Position numbers and translations under genes: made by a program. The notes under the pieces were generated by a model. It was not told where the DNA came from. It was given only the letters and a program-made list of their open reading frames with translations, and searched no databases. Positions 61,401-64,000 of a DNA stretch of 64,000 nt are shown here, piece after piece. How positions within the stretch are numbered: the first letter of the stretch is position 1; each line of letters begins with the position of its first letter. The stretch comes from Squalus acanthias (lineage: Eukaryota), in NCBI GenBank assembly GCA_030390025.1, contig JASTWF010000369.1, positions 186,001-250,000 of the forward strand, written 5' to 3'.

Positions 61401-64000
61401 GGACAAAATTATCAGAAAAATGCACTGTCTGGGTCTGAATTATCAGAAATAATCACTGTCTGGGTCTGAATTATCAGAAACCCCCACTGTCTGTGTCTAA
61501 AATGTCAGAAACACCCACTGTCTGGTTCTGAATTGTCAGAAACATCCACTGTCTGGCTCTGAATTATCAGAAACACCCACTGTCTGGCTCTGAATTGTCA
61601 GAAACACTCACAGTCTGCGTCTGACATATCAGAAACGCTCAATGTCTGGGATATGAATTGTCTGAAACATCAACCGTCTGGGTCAGAATTTTCAGAAACA
61701 CCCACAGTCTGCGTCCGACTTATCACAAGTACCCACTGTCTGGTTCTGAATTATCAGTTAAAAACACTGTCTGTGCCTGAATTATCTGAAACGCCCACTG
61801 TCTGGCTCTGCATTGTGAGAAAGACCCACTGTCTGGGTCTGAATTATCAGAAACAGCTTATTCAGGCTCTGAATTATGAAGAGCGCCCAATGTCGTGCTT
61901 GAATTATCAGAAACAACAACTGTCTAGGTCTGAATTATGAGAAGCACCCACTGTCTGGGTCTGAATTTTCAGAAACATCAGTTGTCTGGGTCTGAATTAT
62001 CAGAAACCCACACTGTCTGGATCTGAAATGTCAGAAAAACCCACTGACAATTTCTGATTTATCAGAAACATCCACTGTCTGGGTCTGAATTATCAAAAAC
62101 ACCCACTGTCTATGTCTGAATTATCAGAAACATCGACTGCCTGATTCTGAATTATCAGAAACACCCACTGCCTGGGTCTGAATGATCAGAAACACCCACT
62201 GTCTGGATCTGAAATATCAGAAACACCCACTGTCTGGTTTTCAATTATCAGAAACATCCACTGTCTGTCTCTGAATTATCAGAAACACCCACTGTCTGCG
62301 TCTGAATTATCAGAAACACGCACAGTCTGCGTCTGACTTATCTGAAACGCTCAATGTCTGGGTTATGAAGTATCAGAAGCACCCAATGTCTGGGCCTGAC
62401 ATATCAAAAAAATTCACAGTCTGGGTCTGAATTTTCAGAAACACCCACAGTCTGCATAAGAATTATCAGAAACACCCACTGTCTGGTTCTGAATTATCAG
62501 GAAAAATCACTGTCTGTGCCTGAATTATCAGAAACGCCCACTGTCTGGCTCTGCATTATGAGAAAGACCCACTGTCTTGGTCTGAATTATCAGAAACAGC
62601 TTATACTGGCTCTGAATTATCAAGAGCGCCCAATGTCTTGCTTGAATTATCAGAAACAACAACTGTCTCGGTCTGAATTATCAGAAACACCCACTGTCTA
62701 GTTCTCAATAATCAGAATGCCCATTTGTCTGGTTCTGAATTTTCAGAAGCACCCAATATCTGGGTCTGAATGATCAGAAACAGCCAACCGTCTGGTTCTG
62801 AATTTTCAGAAACATCCGTTGTCCGGGTCTGAATTATCAGAAATAATGACGCTCTGGGTGTGAATTATCAGAAACACGCTTTGTCTGCGTCTGAATTATC
62901 AGAAACACTCACAGTCTGCGTCTGACATGTCAGAAACGCTCAATGTCTGGGATATGAATTATCTGAAACACCAACCGTCTGGGTCAGAATTTTCAGAAAC
63001 ACCCACAGTCTGCGTCCGACTTATCACAAGTACCCACTGTCTGGTTCTGAATTATCAGGTAAAAACACTGTCTGTCCCAGAATTATCTGAAACGCCCACT
63101 GTCTGGCTCTGCATTGTGAGAAAGACCCACTGTCTGGGTCTGAATTATCAGAAACAGCTTATTCAGGCTCTGAATTATGAAGAGCGCCCAATGTCTGGGT
63201 CCGAATTATCAGAAACACGCTTTGTCTGCGTCTGAATTATCAGAAACACTCACTGTCTGCGTCTAATCTAACGGACACGCCCACTGTCTGGGACTAAATT
63301 ATCAGAAAAATGCACTGTCTGGCTCTTAATTATCAGAAATAATCACTATCTGGGTCTGAATTATCAGAAACCCCCACTGTCTGGGTCTGAAATGTCAGAA
63401 AGACCCACTGTCTGGTTCTGAGTTGTCAGAAACATCCACTGTCTGGCTCTGAATTATCAGAAACACCCACTGTCTGGCTCTGAATTGTCAGGAACACGCA
63501 CTATCTGCATCTGACATATCAGAAACGCTCAATGTCTGGGATATGAATTATCTGAAACACCAACCGTCTGGGTCAGAATTTTCAGAAACACCCTCAATCT
63601 GGGTCCGACTTATCACAAGTACCCACTGTCTGGTTCTGAATTATCAGTTAAAAACACTGTCTGTGCCTGAATTATCTGAAACGCCCACTGTCTGGCTCTG
63701 CATTTTGAGAAAGACCCACTGTCTGGGTCTGAATTATCAGAAACAGCTTATTCAGGCTCTGTATTATGAAGAGCGCCCAATGTCGTGCTTGAATTATCAG
63801 AAACAACAACTGTCTAGGTCTGAATTATGAGAAGCACCCACTGTCTGGGTCTGAATTTTCAGAAACATCAGTTGTCTGGGTCTGAATTATCAGAAACCCC
63901 CACTGTCTGGGTCTGAAATGTCAGAAAAACCCACTGACAGTTTCTGATTTATCAGAAACATCCACTGTCTGGGTCTGAATTATCAAAAACACGCACTGTC
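58425..64000. repeat. 31-bp satellite array with higher-order structure, runs off the window
   Basis: Consensus TCTGAATTATCAGAAACACCCACTGTCTGGG; the variant monomer ..AAGAGCGCCCAATGTC recurs with the same neighbours. Confidence 0.95.

Noticed and set aside
58425..64000. CRISPR-like array (palindromic repeat with variable intervening sequence)
   Set aside because: The variable halves are homologous to each other rather than unique spacers, there are no cas genes, and the context is eukaryotic. The ORFs here are satellite translations.

Overview
Repeat-dense vertebrate DNA, most likely from a cartilaginous fish. The host is inferred from an HE1/V-SINE, CR1 LINEs with SGNH-esterase ORF1, Penelope-like GIY-YIG elements and a GPR139/142-like receptor relic. 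The centrepiece (about 27.3-52.6 kb) is two related but distinct ~12.6-kb endogenous retrovirus-like proviruses. Provirus 2 (38594-51198, minus strand, 4-bp AACA TSD) is inserted in opposite orientation into the 3' LTR of provirus 1. Both have ~1.6-kb LTRs, a tRNA-Arg(TCG)-type PBS and a gag with a long N-terminal coiled coil and CCHC knuckle. Gag is joined in frame to pro-pol across a single CAA-UGA-CUA stop, which suggests readthrough. Pol has two RNase H-like domains. Env is not a conventional retroviral SU/TM: it looks like an F-type class I fusogen with an N-terminal immunoglobulin-like domain. This architecture best matches lokiretrovirus-like elements. The provirus 2 env is an uninterrupted 783-aa ORF although its gag-pol is broken, and a small conserved ORF lies between env and the PPT. 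The rest of the window holds nested CR1 LINEs, Harbinger transposons (one with an intact transposase ORF, plus deletion derivatives), Penelope ends with minimal hammerhead motifs, a CR1 5' array of TATA-containing monomers, and a 31-bp satellite running off the right end. All family assignments come from motif recognition by eye; no searches were run.
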